Assembly (NCBI GenBank): GCA_963804165.1
Contig: CAWDPO010000011.1
Span: forward strand, 134,578-198,577
From: an uncultured delta proteobacterium
GTDB lineage: Bacteria > Desulfobacterota > Binatia > UBA9968
DNA length: 64,000 nt
Reading direction: 5' to 3'
A program made the translations under genes and the position numbers. Shown here one piece after another: positions 43,202-53,461 of the stretch (within the stretch, counting starts at the first letter, position 1; the number at the start of each line of letters is the position of its first letter). The notes below the pieces were generated by a model. The model saw nothing but the letters and a program-made list of their open reading frames with translations. It had not been told where the DNA came from and made no database searches.

Positions 43202-45217
43202 ATGCGGTCGCGGCGAAAGTTAAAAGACTCAAAGAAGAGCGCGGCAAAGAAAAACGCCTTCCGCGTCGAAGAGGCGACGATTGCCGGAGTGCATCGCGCT
43301 TTTCGCGCAAGGAAGCTCACGGCAATCGAGCTCGTGAATCGCTATCTCACGCGCATCAAAGCCTACAACGGCGTCTGTGTCAGCGGCGATGTCGATGCCG
43401 CCACCGGACTGCAATTGGGAGACATCACGCCGATCCCGAGCGCCGGGCAGCTCAATGCCTTCATCACTTTGAATCTGAAAGAAGACAATCGCATCAAGCT
43501 CGGTTTTCCCGAAAAAGTGAAACGAACTCACACCGGGCGCGACGATGCCAAATATCCCGACGCGCTGGATCGGGCGCGCGAGCTCGATCGTTACTTCGCC
43601 CGCACGGGCAAGTTTGCCGGCCCGCTCCACGGCATCCCGGTCGCAATCAAAGACAACTACGATACTTTCGACATGCGCACGACGGCGGCCGCGGCGGCGG
43701 AGTACACCGACGATCGCCCGCCCGACGACGCCACCATGGTCGCAAGGCTGCGCGCTGCCGGCGCGATCCTGCTTGGCAAGACCAACATGGACGAGTACGC
43801 TCCCGCGGGAATTGCCCGCAGCGCCTTCGGCGGCCAGACCTGCAATCCCTACGATACGACGAGGATACCCGGCGGATCGAGCGGCGGCTCAGCGGCGGCG
43901 GTGGCGGCCAACCTCGCCATGTGCGCCCTGGGCACGGACACATCCGGCTCGGTGCGCTTTCCGTCGTCGTGCTGCAGCCTGGTCGGCCTGGTCGCGACCC
44001 AGGGCTTGGTGAGCCGCGACGGCATCGTGCCGCTGTCATTTACCAGAGACCGCGGCGGCCCGATCTGCCGCACCGTGCAAGACACGGCGATCCTTTTGGA
44101 AGTTCTCGCCGGCTACGATCCCAAAGATCCGGTCACTGCCGCTTGCGCCGCGCAGCCGAGATACTCGTATGCGCGGCTTGCCGGTGGAAAATCGCTGCGC
44201 GGAAAAAGGCTCGGCGTGCTGCGCGATCTGATGATCGAAGCGAGCCGCGCCGATCGCGACAATATCCGCGTCGCCGACGAGGCGATCGCCGCCATGAGAA
44301 AAAGCGGCGCGACGATCGTCGATCCGGTAAACGTCGACAAAGCAATCGCCGACGTGATTCCCTGTTTCGAGCCCGGCTGGCTGGCGCGAAATTTTCTCGC
44401 GGCGTTTCCAGAATCCACCAAGCCCATCGACCGGATCGTGTCGATGGCGTTCGATCACGGGATGATTCCCTCCGGCGCCCGCGGCGTGAACCTGCGCATG
44501 CTTGCTGCGCAACCGCGTGGCCACGAAGCGCACTACGCGATCAACCGCTACTTGCGTGAGCGCGGCGATGCGAAGTTCAAAAATCTCGAAGACATGCTCG
44601 CCATGCCGATGTTTTCCGGCAGTCTGGATAATCTCAAGAGAGCGTTCAGCGCCGCCGCCGCCACTTTGGACACGCCGGCGCAGATGGATCATCTGGTGCG
44701 CATGCAGACCTTGCGGCAGATCATTCTCCAAGTCATGGCGGAAAATAATCTCGACGCGCTGGTTTACCCCTACACGACGATCCCGCCGCACATCATCTTG
44801 ACGAACCGCCTGGCGAAGACCGTGGAGACGCACACCGAGCCAAAGATTCTGAAAGCCGGCACAGCTCTGTCCGATCCGACCCTGGTACCCGGCGAACCAG
44901 TGCTGCAATCCGATCTCGACACCTACAGAGGATCGGGCTCGAGCTTTGCGGTCAATCTCAGCCCCGAGATCGGCTTTCCGGCCATCGTCGTGCCGGCCGG
45001 ATTTACCCGCGAAGTCTACGATCGCGTGCCGGACGATAAGGATCCGAACGGCAGCCGGTTGGAAGGGCCGAAACAAGTCGAGCTGCCTGTTGCTTTGGAA
45101 TTCCTCGCTCGCCCCTTCGAGGAAACAACGCTCTTCGCGATCGCCTCGGCGTTCGAAAGCATCACACGCCATCGCCGTCCACCACCGGCATTCGGCGAGC
45201 TTGCCAACCGAGAATAG
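43202..45217 (+). CDS. Amidase signature family protein
   Basis: GPLHGIPVAIKDN, GKTNMDE, PGGSSGGS, GTDTSGSVRFPS. Confidence 0.92.
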   Translation: MRSRRKLKDSKKSAAKKNAFRVEEATIAGVHRAFRARKLTAIELVNRYLTRIKAYNGVCVSGDVDAATGLQLGDITPIPSAGQLNAFITLNLKEDNRIKLGFPEKVKRTHTGRDDAKYPDALDRARELDRYFARTGKFAGPLHGIPVAIKDNYDTFDMRTTAAAAAEYTDDRPPDDATMVARLRAAGAILLGKTNMDEYAPAGIARSAFGGQTCNPYDTTRIPGGSSGGSAAAVAANLAMCALGTDTSGSVRFPSSCCSLVGLVATQGLVSRDGIVPLSFTRDRGGPICRTVQDTAILLEVLAGYDPKDPVTAACAAQPRYSYARLAGGKSLRGKRLGVLRDLMIEASRADRDNIRVADEAIAAMRKSGATIVDPVNVDKAIADVIPCFEPGWLARNFLAAFPESTKPIDRIVSMAFDHGMIPSGARGVNLRMLAAQPRGHEAHYAINRYLRERGDAKFKNLEDMLAMPMFSGSLDNLKRAFSAAAATLDTPAQMDHLVRMQTLRQIILQVMAENNLDALVYPYTTIPPHIILTNRLAKTVETHTEPKILKAGTALSDPTLVPGEPVLQSDLDTYRGSGSSFAVNLSPEIGFPAIVVPAGFTREVYDRVPDDKDPNGSRLEGPKQVELPVALEFLARPFEETTLFAIASAFESITRHRRPPPAFGELANRE

Positions 45218-45442
45218 CGCAAGCAGAGTTCAAAGTCCCGTGTTCAAGGTTCAAGGTGAAACGATAATAACCGAGCGCAGTGCTGAAACCCGTCGAGGCT
45301 GTCTTGGCGTCCGAGCAGAGTGAAACGTCTTACTGTTGCCTCACGCCTATGTGTTGAACGACTGGAACGCAGCAAAGCACTGGAACAACTGGAACCGTAG
45401 ACAACTTGGCGGGTCAGAACGGGTCAGCGCGGGATCGCGATT

Positions 45443-45745
45443 TTATACGATGTCGATCGCGGCAATATCCTGGACCGAGTGACCGAGGTGATTTCGAAAG
45501 ACTCGAAAGAAAATATCCGCGGCGGGCTCGTCGTCGAAACTCAGAGAGCCTACAAATCGGTCCCCGTCCGGCGTGCTCATCGTAAGAAAGATGGTGTTTT
45601 TTGAGAACGTGGGAAAGCTGGGCGTTTTGAAGCGTGCCGGCTTCGCCCTCTGCGGATGCGGACTTGTTTAGGCGATCCAGATCCAGTGAGGTGGCCAGAT
45701 CGGGCGGCCTTTGTAAACCATCCTCGGATGATCGCGCGGTTGCAT
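45443..45745 (-). pseudogene. Small hypothetical protein (about 100 aa) disrupted by two compensating frameshifts
   Basis: Reads MQPRDHPRMVYKGRPIWPPHWIW / EGEAGTLQNAQLSHV / NTIFLTM..FVGSLSFDD..FRNHLGHSVQDIAAIDIV*. Resembles, from memory, a recurrent LRDHP..WPP..GEVG small-protein family of Binatia genomes. Confidence 0.5.
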
Positions 45746-46551
45746 TCGAAGACTCTCAAAATAACGGTCCACGCTATGACAACATGTCTGTGATCTAACT
45801 TCCTAGAGATCCGTCCGTGGCTGGCTCTAAACGCTGTCGATCAATTATACATCACCCGCTCCAGATCGCAGCAAACGCTTTCAAGAATCGGTGTAGGACA
45901 TCAACCGACTTGGAAGAGGGTGAATGGATGATTGCGAACGTCGCGATTCAAGTGCACACTCCCGCCCGCAGGAGAGCTCGACAAATTTGCCGCCACGTGC
46001 ACTGTCCAACAGCGAGATAAGCCGGCTCTGAGCTAAGCATTTCCCGAAGCACCGCGATAATCCGGACTCTTGTCAGATCTGCTTCGGGATCTGCGTCATC
46101 ATCGAGGATGATGCCGCCCGGCGCGACGCGCCGACACGTTCCGAAGGGATAGACGGAGTATTAAAAACGATGGCAATCCGCCGGGAAGAGTTCGACGAAG
46201 TCAAAGCGGAAAAAGTGAAGGTCGATGCGCGAGGACTTTTATATCCAAAACCAAAGACCTAGAATCGCCAAACTAAAATCTGACAGCTACTGACATGGGG
46301 CGATCGGTCGTTTTTCTCTAGCGACTAACCGTCGCCGCATGCGAGCATCGGGAAACTCAACATCCTGTAAAAACCGGACTTCATATTGCAACGGGTGACT
46401 GAACGGCTGACTTGCCGACTTCATGCAGCGGTAGTAGTACATCGTCCCCGCTGCCCAGATACCATCATACTTGCCGGCCGCGCGGCAGACTTCGATGTCA
46501 GGTCCATCGTCCTGCGAATTGATGTGACAATTAGATTTATCATACAGCAAG

Positions 46552-46893
46552 GTCGGAGACTTTCTAGTAGCGCTGGGATTTTTTGTCGTCTTCCTGGTTT
46601 TCAAGGAAAATACTTATAGTGCCGGAACGATCGAGGTGGCCGTCGATCAAAAAGTCGTTTCGACCGGACCGTATGCGTGGGTTCGTCATCCGATGTATTC
46701 AGGGGCGCTCGTCATGCTTTTCGGCACGCCGCTGGCGCTCGGGTCCTGGTGGGGACTTACCCTGCTTGTCCCCATGACACTGGCGATTGTTTGGCGGCTT
46801 CTCGATGAGGAGAAATTCCTGCTTGGAAATCTCCAGGGATATGCGGAGTATCGTGAAAAAGTCCGCCATCGGCTGCTGCCTTTCGTCTGGTGA
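46552..46893 (+). pseudogene. Isoprenylcysteine carboxylmethyltransferase family, 5'-truncated
   Basis: VFKENTYSAGTIEVAVDQKVVSTGPYAWVRHPMYSG...RLLDEE. An in-frame TGA at 46525 closes the frame, so the N-terminal half is missing. Confidence 0.8.
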
Positions 46894-47071
46894 ATAGTTC
46901 GGGTATCACCGAGAGGCGGCGCCGCAGCACGAGGTTATGGCAGGAAAAAATTCTCAGCGATGCTGTCCTGGCTGTTCTAGTTCATTCGTCATAGAGATGA
47001 AAGACGAAAACGGAGAGTGACCGAAACGACCACGTCAGCAACACACAACCCAGCGAAAAGGAGAAGAAATC

Positions 47072-47518
47072 ATGTCAGGACACACTATCCAACTTCACCG
47101 CGTTCTCCGTGCAACGCCAGAAAAAGTGTATCGGGCTTTTCTCGATGGCGACGCCATGGCCAAATGGCTTCCGCCGAACGGGTTCACCGGTAAGGTTCAC
47201 CACATGGATGCCAAGGTCGGCGGCACCTACAAGATGTCGTTCACGAACTTCAGCACTGGCAAGAGTCACTCCTTCGGCGGAGAGTATCTTGAATTGGTGC
47301 CAAACGAACGCCTCCGTTACACGGACAGATTCGACGACCCGGGTCTGCCCGGAGAAATGCAGACGACAATCACCCTGAAGAAAGTGTCTTGTGGAACCGA
47401 GCTGAACATCGTGCAGGAGGGAGTGCCCGAGGTCATTCCCGCCGAGGCATGCTACGTCGGCTGGCAGGAATCGCTTAACCTGCTGGCGAAACTCGTCGAG
47501 CCCGAGATTCCGAATTAG
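47072..47518 (+). CDS. SRPBCC/AHSA1 family protein
   Basis: LHRVLRATPEKVYRAFLD, KWLPPNGF, GWQESL. GGAG RBS. Confidence 0.92.
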   Translation: MSGHTIQLHRVLRATPEKVYRAFLDGDAMAKWLPPNGFTGKVHHMDAKVGGTYKMSFTNFSTGKSHSFGGEYLELVPNERLRYTDRFDDPGLPGEMQTTITLKKVSCGTELNIVQEGVPEVIPAEACYVGWQESLNLLAKLVEPEIPN

Positions 47519-47781
47519 TGGAGCAAGATTTGGCGGTCAGTCTCATTCGCGGGCGCGCGAGGGGCATGAAACCAGTAGCACCCGAAGTCAAAAATGTTAC
47601 CGAGGAGGAGATCCCCGGCACTGGCCAGTGGCATCAGAAGTTCACGCTCTTTATGCCCGGCGACCCGGTGACCGAGCAGCCGTTCGATCGCACCGGGACC
47701 AAGCTCGATCTCTCCGACCCGCAGGTCCGTATCGATCTCTGGAAAACGCTCAAGGACCACCGCTTCAGCGACAGTGATTGA
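47518..47781 (+). CDS. Hypothetical protein or gene fragment
   Basis: 87-aa ORF with host-like GC-rich codon usage, abutting the SRPBCC stop. No recognised motif. Confidence 0.35.
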   Translation: MEQDLAVSLIRGRARGMKPVAPEVKNVTEEEIPGTGQWHQKFTLFMPGDPVTEQPFDRTGTKLDLSDPQVRIDLWKTLKDHRFSDSD

Positions 47782-48254
47782 GATCTGCGATATCCACGAG
47801 CACGAACAAGCTGGCGGGCGGGTCGGCGTTTTGTGCCCCTGAGCCGCGTCCGAAATCCGTGCGATTAGTTTCACGAGCCGAATAGATCACTTTCAAAAGA
47901 AGCGATCGATGCAGGCACCGCTGGCCATACAGTTCCTATGACCCTACAGTTCTCAGTTCCCCTCCGTTTTGGAACGACTCCAGCGCTGCAACGACGGGAA
48001 CCTCTGAAGCCTTGAACGACTTGAACGGAGCGCAGCGGTTAAAATCCCGCTCATGGTGATTCCTCGACCGGCTCGGAACTGAAGGCCGTCGAGGAAGCCT
48101 GCCGTGAGGCTTCTCGAACGGTCGAACCACTTGAATAATTTGAACGAGTCCCAAGTTACTCGGGCCGCGGAGGCGCTTGACGACTCGCTGGGTCGGCGAT
48201 ATGGCTCCGTCAGAGAAAAAGGTGTTTGAATTTCCTCTTCGTTTAGGAGGGACT

Positions 48255-49310
48255 TTGAAAACCAAACCATTCGCGAAGTCGTTCGTTCAGACCGCGCTTG
48301 CAGCGGCGTTCATGTTGGCGGGCGCTTCCGCCACGTCTTCCTGGGCGCAAAACGTAAAGATCACACCGCTGGGTACGCACACCGGCGAACTGTGCGACCG
48401 CGATCGCGCGACGATCTTCGAGGATCCCACTGGCGTGCGTATCCTTTACGATGCCGGCCAGTCCACCATGGGAGTCGACGATCCGCGGCTCGGCGACATC
48501 CACGCCGTGCTGCTGTCGCACGCTCATGCTGATCACATCGGCGACCAGAAGATGAAGGCGCTCGGAGCCGGCGCGTGCGAGAAACCCGACCTGGTCCCGG
48601 CCGGCGCACATTCCGTAACGGCCGAGATCGCCGCAGCCAAGAACGCAGCCATCGTGATGGTGGTGGATTTGTCCGTGTTCATCGGGAAAAAAGTCGAGGG
48701 ATTAACCGGCAAGCCGACAGCAGCATGCGCGCAGGCGGGCGGCGCAACCACGGTACCGGTCGCAGCGCCGTGTCGATCGAACATCCACTTGGGCGGTACG
48801 CACGTGCTCAAGGCGGCCGGCGCGGCTCAGGGCGTGGAGATCACGATTGTGTACGCGGCTCATGCCAACAGTCTGCCGCTTAGCCTGCTGGGCGAGGCGG
48901 AACGGAAAAGTCTCGCTGCGAACGGCGTGAGCGTCGAGCCGGGGCCGCCGACCGGCTTTGTCATCAAGTTTACCAATGGGCTCACGGCTTACCTGTCGGG
49001 GGATACCGGCATCCACACCGAGATGAAAACGATCGTGAACGAATTCCATAAGGCGAATCTCACGGTGCTCAATCTCGGCCCGAACGCGATGACCCCGCCT
49101 TCGGCGGCGCACGCGGTGAACGAGCTCATCAGGCCGGCGGCCGTCATCGCCACGCACGTGAACGAGGTCGCAACCTCAGGCGGCAAGGTAAGACCGAACT
49201 CACGCACCGCCGCGTTCACCAAACTGAGCAAGTCCCCCGTGCACCTTGCTCTAAGCGGTAGGACGATGGAGTTCGATGGCAGTGCGAAGTGCGTAGCAGG
49301 GTGTAATTAG
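48255..49310 (+). CDS. Secreted MBL-fold metallo-hydrolase
   Basis: AGGAGG RBS then TTG 48255. Signal peptide, SHAHADH, YLSGDTG, IATH. Confidence 0.87.
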   Translation: MKTKPFAKSFVQTALAAAFMLAGASATSSWAQNVKITPLGTHTGELCDRDRATIFEDPTGVRILYDAGQSTMGVDDPRLGDIHAVLLSHAHADHIGDQKMKALGAGACEKPDLVPAGAHSVTAEIAAAKNAAIVMVVDLSVFIGKKVEGLTGKPTAACAQAGGATTVPVAAPCRSNIHLGGTHVLKAAGAAQGVEITIVYAAHANSLPLSLLGEAERKSLAANGVSVEPGPPTGFVIKFTNGLTAYLSGDTGIHTEMKTIVNEFHKANLTVLNLGPNAMTPPSAAHAVNELIRPAAVIATHVNEVATSGGKVRPNSRTAAFTKLSKSPVHLALSGRTMEFDGSAKCVAGCN

Positions 49311-49647
49311 TCACACGGCTCACCCGATTTGGGCAACAAACGCGCTTGGTTGGAACCGTGCTAGCCTTAAACGATTTGAACGGAGCGCATCCTTCGACCC
49401 TGGAGCCTCCCCGATGAACCTTGTAAAAACGCCTTGAAAAAGATGAGCGACGCGCTCGCTCGTATCGCATCGAGCCCTTTTTGATCTGACTCTTTTTGGC
49501 CTCTCGCGAATCCAATCTCATCGCAAGGTTTGTCGGAGATTACAGCCAAGTTGAGGGTATTTATCTTCCTAGTCAAAAGCAGCATGTCCTAAGCGACCTC
49601 ATTCTAAGCTACTGAAATCTCGTTGTTCTATATTCCGAGTCCACAAC

Positions 49648-49662
49648 TGGCACTACAAATGC
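49648..49662 (+). promoter_or_regulatory. Sigma54 (-24/-12)-like promoter
   Basis: TGGCACTACAAATGC has GG-N10-GC spacing, about 77 bp upstream of ATG 49739. Confidence 0.55.
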
Positions 49663-49738
49663 GACCTCTAAGTTATCGAAGACTGCTTTGTTCAGGGTTC
49701 ATTTCCAATCAAAAAGGTTAACCCATGGAGGTGCCGCC

Positions 49739-50479
49739 ATGCTTCGCAAAATGAAAGATCTAAAAGGTTTATCTATCGGCGCGCGTGATGGTGACATCGG
49801 TGAAGCCAACGATTTTATTTTCGACGATAAACATTGGACGGTGCGATATCTGGTCGCGGACACCCAACGCTGGTTGCCCGGACGCAAGGTATTGATCTCG
49901 CCCATCGTCGTCGATCAGGCGGATTGGGAGGGAAAACGATTGCCTGTGCAATTGACTCAAGAGCAGGTAAAAAATAGTCCGGATATCAGCATGGACGAGG
50001 AGTTGTCGGCCCAGGACGAGATTAAATACTCCAACTACTACGGCTTCCCCTATTACTGGGCGGGGGACGAAATCTGGGGTCCGGTAACGCTGCCGCAAGA
50101 ACTAATCGCTCAAGACATCGATAGAAAAATTATGCTTACCGAGAAAGTGAATAGATCACATCTTCGCAGCATGAAAGACCTAACTGGGTATTCGATTCAA
50201 GCGACTGACGGCGAGATCGGCCACGTCGATGACTTCGTCGTTGACGACGAGGCCTGGACGATTCGCTATATCGTTGTCGACACGCGCAACTGGTTGCCAG
50301 GGAAGAAAGTGCTGGTCGCGCCGCCATGGGTCGCCAACGTTGATTGGAAGAATTCCAACGTCTACGTCAATATGTCGCGCGAAGCGATCAAGACGGGACC
50401 CGAATTCGATCCCGAAAAACTCGACCGCGAATACGAAACCAGGCTCTATAAACACTATGGTCAAGAAAATTACTGGTGA
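49739..50479 (+). CDS. Tandem PRC-barrel domain protein
   Basis: Two repeats of I-x-A-x-DG-x-IG...DD-x-x-WT-x-RY-x-V-x-DT-x-x-WLPG-x-KVL. GGAGG RBS. Confidence 0.9.
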   Translation: MLRKMKDLKGLSIGARDGDIGEANDFIFDDKHWTVRYLVADTQRWLPGRKVLISPIVVDQADWEGKRLPVQLTQEQVKNSPDISMDEELSAQDEIKYSNYYGFPYYWAGDEIWGPVTLPQELIAQDIDRKIMLTEKVNRSHLRSMKDLTGYSIQATDGEIGHVDDFVVDDEAWTIRYIVVDTRNWLPGKKVLVAPPWVANVDWKNSNVYVNMSREAIKTGPEFDPEKLDREYETRLYKHYGQENYW

Positions 50480-50534
50480 TGCTGAAGCAGTAGAGGCAGG
50501 AAATGGAGACAGAAGTAAGGAAGGAGGCAATCTC

Positions 50535-50774
50535 ATGAACAAAGAGCAATTCAAAGGGAGTTGGCAGGAATTCAAAGGTGAGATCAAAGCGAAATGGGGC
50601 AAATTCACCGATAACGACTTGCTCGAAGCGGAAGGCGATTACGATAAATTCATCGGCATCGTGCAAAAACGCTATGGCGATAGGAAGGACGAAATCGAGC
50701 GGTGGGCCGAGGATTGGCACGAGCGCAATGAGATTTTATCGCGGAAAGCGACCGAATCGCGAAATCAACTATAA
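50535..50774 (+). CDS. CsbD family general stress protein
   Basis: MNKEQFKGSWQEFKGEIKAKWGKFTDNDL...QKRYG. AGGAGG RBS. Confidence 0.9.
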   Translation: MNKEQFKGSWQEFKGEIKAKWGKFTDNDLLEAEGDYDKFIGIVQKRYGDRKDEIERWAEDWHERNEILSRKATESRNQL

Positions 50775-50976
50775 TCGTCCTTTAAAAATGCCGAGGCGAG
50801 GCGCACGCATCCGGTCGGGTGCCGGCGCCAGCCTTGGTTGCTCCTTCACTCCCACAATCCAAAGGCATCGAACGACGCCCGAGCCGACGCCCGATCGAAA
50901 TATGCGGGGCTCGTATCAGTTTTCATTGTCTGGCCCAGAAGCTGCCCCACTCCGCAACGATAATGTTGAGGTTTGA

Positions 50977-53064
50977 TTAGGGGTCGCGAGCGCTCCCGCT
51001 GTCCCCATCGGTAGCGGGCAAGATCTCTGTCTTCAGCGCCGGCGCACGCGGGAGCCCCGTGACATCGAGGATTTCCTGCTCGTTGAGGGTCTCACGCAAC
51101 AGCAAGGCTTCGACGAGCGCGTCGAGTTGCTTGCGATGCGCGTTAAGCAGCCGCTTGGCCTCGTCGTGGCTTTCGCCGATGATCTTGAGCACCTCAGCGT
51201 CAATGGCTTCAGCGGTCCTCTCGCTGAATGGCTTGGCGCCGGCGTACCCGTTCGCGCCGGTCAAGTAAGGATTCTCCCGCGGCGCGAGCTCTACCAGTCC
51301 GACGCGCTCGCTCATGCCCCAGCGCGTGACCATCCGGCGCGCCAGGCCGGTGGCTTGCTCGATGTCGCTTTCCGCGCCGGTCGTCTTGGTGCCGTAAACG
51401 ATCTCCTCGGCCGCGCGGCCTCCCAGCATTCCGACGATCCGCGCGCGCAGATAGGCTTCCGGATAGTTATAGCGGTCGCTGTCTGGGCGCTGATAGGTCA
51501 CACCGAGAGCTTGCCCGCGTGGCACGATCGTCACCCGATTCACCGGGTCGGCGCCGGGCACCACTAGACCGAGGATGGCGTGTCCTCCCTCGTGGTAGGC
51601 GATGCGTTCCTTATCGGCGTGGCTCAACAGAAGTGGCCGCTCGGGGCCGAGCACGATTTTTTCCAGCGCGTCCAGGAAGTCTTTGTAACGCACTTCGTTC
51701 TGCTCGCGCCGCGCCGCCAGCAGCGCCGCCTCGTTCACCAGATTCTTCAGGTCAGCCCCCGTGAACCCCGGGGTCGTGGCGGCGACTTCGCCTAAGTTTG
51801 CGTCGTTCGCGAGCGGCACGCCGCGAGTGTGGACTTTCAGGATCGCTTCGCGCCCGGTCTTATCCGGCAGGTTCACCACCACGCGCCGATCGAAGCGTCC
51901 GGGCCGCAGCAGCGCTTTGTCGAGCACGTCGGGTTGATTCGTTGCCGCCAATACGATGATGCCCTCCCGGCTCGAGAATCCGTCCATCTCGGTTAGGATT
52001 TGATTCAAGGTCTGCTCCTGCTCGCTCGAGCCGCCGATCGCCATCTGACCGCGGGCGCGGCCGATGGCATCCAGCTCATCGATGAAGACGATCGCCGGCG
52101 CTTGCTCGCGCGCCTGCTTGAAAAGATCCCGCACTCTCGCGGCGCCGACCCCGACGATCATCTCGACGAACTCCGCGGCGCTCATCGAGAAGAACGGCAC
52201 TCCCGCTTCTCCGGCGACCGCTCTCGCCAGCAGGGTTTTTCCGGTGCCGGGCGCGCCGATCAAGAGCACGCCTTTCGGGGCGGCCCCGCCCAGGCGCGTA
52301 TACTTCTTGGGATCCCGGAGAAAATCCACGATCTCGACCAGCTCGTTTTCGGCTTCGTCGATCCCGGCGACGTCATTGAAGGTAACTCTCGTATCCTTCT
52401 CCTCGTCGTAGCGGCGCGCCCTGCTTCGGCCGATACCCATGAGACCACCGCCCATCGCGCCACCCTGCTGTGCCGCCCGACGAAATAGCCAGACGTAAAA
52501 ACCAATGAGCAGCAAGGCCGGGCCAAAGCCGAAAAGAAATGTCGACCAGGGGTTTTCGCTCTCTTGAATCGGCTCGGCGCTGATCTCGACACCATGACCG
52601 ATCAAAAATGTTTCCAAACCCGGGTCTACGAAGGAGGGCAGTGTGGTCGCGAAGGTACTCACCTGTTCGGGCTGGCGCTGCGCGCCGCGAACATTCGGGA
52701 TCTGCGGCCGGCCGTCTGGCGGCGCGCTTTTTTCACCGCTGCGCGGGTAGGTGATCAGCGTCCTGAAGCGGCCCGTAAGGGTCTCACCCCGGGTGTAGAT
52801 CGCCGAGACATTGCGCTTCTTAACCTCTTCCTTGAAGAGAGTGTAGGGCACGGTGACCGGTGCTTTGGGGCCCGGTATGAGGAGCCGCACGAGCAAGAAG
52901 TTAGCGAGCAAGACGAGAACGAACCATAGCCACGCCTTGCGCGGCGGCATTTTCGGCTGCCCGGTAGCCTTGGCGGCTCCCCGACTGTCGGACGGCTGAA
53001 CGCGCCCGGGCGCCGCGGAATTCGTGTTCCGCTGCGTCTGCTGTCCCGTCGAGCTCATGGTCAC
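50977..53064 (-). CDS. ftsH: ATP-dependent zinc metalloprotease FtsH
   Basis: Two TM helices, [29 protein letters not shown] zinc motif. Confidence 0.95.
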   Translation of the reverse strand: MTMSSTGQQTQRNTNSAAPGRVQPSDSRGAAKATGQPKMPPRKAWLWFVLVLLANFLLVRLLIPGPKAPVTVPYTLFKEEVKKRNVSAIYTRGETLTGRFRTLITYPRSGEKSAPPDGRPQIPNVRGAQRQPEQVSTFATTLPSFVDPGLETFLIGHGVEISAEPIQESENPWSTFLFGFGPALLLIGFYVWLFRRAAQQGGAMGGGLMGIGRSRARRYDEEKDTRVTFNDVAGIDEAENELVEIVDFLRDPKKYTRLGGAAPKGVLLIGAPGTGKTLLARAVAGEAGVPFFSMSAAEFVEMIVGVGAARVRDLFKQAREQAPAIVFIDELDAIGRARGQMAIGGSSEQEQTLNQILTEMDGFSSREGIIVLAATNQPDVLDKALLRPGRFDRRVVVNLPDKTGREAILKVHTRGVPLANDANLGEVAATTPGFTGADLKNLVNEAALLAARREQNEVRYKDFLDALEKIVLGPERPLLLSHADKERIAYHEGGHAILGLVVPGADPVNRVTIVPRGQALGVTYQRPDSDRYNYPEAYLRARIVGMLGGRAAEEIVYGTKTTGAESDIEQATGLARRMVTRWGMSERVGLVELAPRENPYLTGANGYAGAKPFSERTAEAIDAEVLKIIGESHDEAKRLLNAHRKQLDALVEALLLRETLNEQEILDVTGLPRAPALKTEILPATDGDSGSARDP

Positions 53065-53236
53065 CTCCTCAACCGTAATAACGGCAGAAATTTTTGCGGT
53101 CGTAGGTGACGACTACCACCTGCGCCAACTGGCAACAAGGTCATTGCTAACAGAACGCGCGCACACGGTAGGCGACGGCTATTGACGATGGACGATCAGA
53201 AATATGGCAGGGTGCGTCAGTGGGTCTGGTCAGTGG

Positions 53237-53265
53237 TGTTCAGACTTGCCTAACTCTACTAACTC
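53237..53265 (+). repeat. 28-bp motif, copy 1
   Basis: TGTTCAGACTTGCCTAACTCTACTAACTC. Confidence 0.75.
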
Positions 53266-53461
53266 AACTTCACTGACGATGCGCTAAGACGCGACGACAG
53301 AAAGCAAAAAGCGGACTTGACCCTATTTCCATTCCCTCAAACCCAACTCTCGATATCGTTGCTCGATTCTAAGATTCGCAAGAATAGAAAGCCTGATCCT
53401 GAGCATCCCCCTAAGCATCCCCTAAAAAACTTCGTGAGGTGCCCGGGTTTGGCGGACATAA

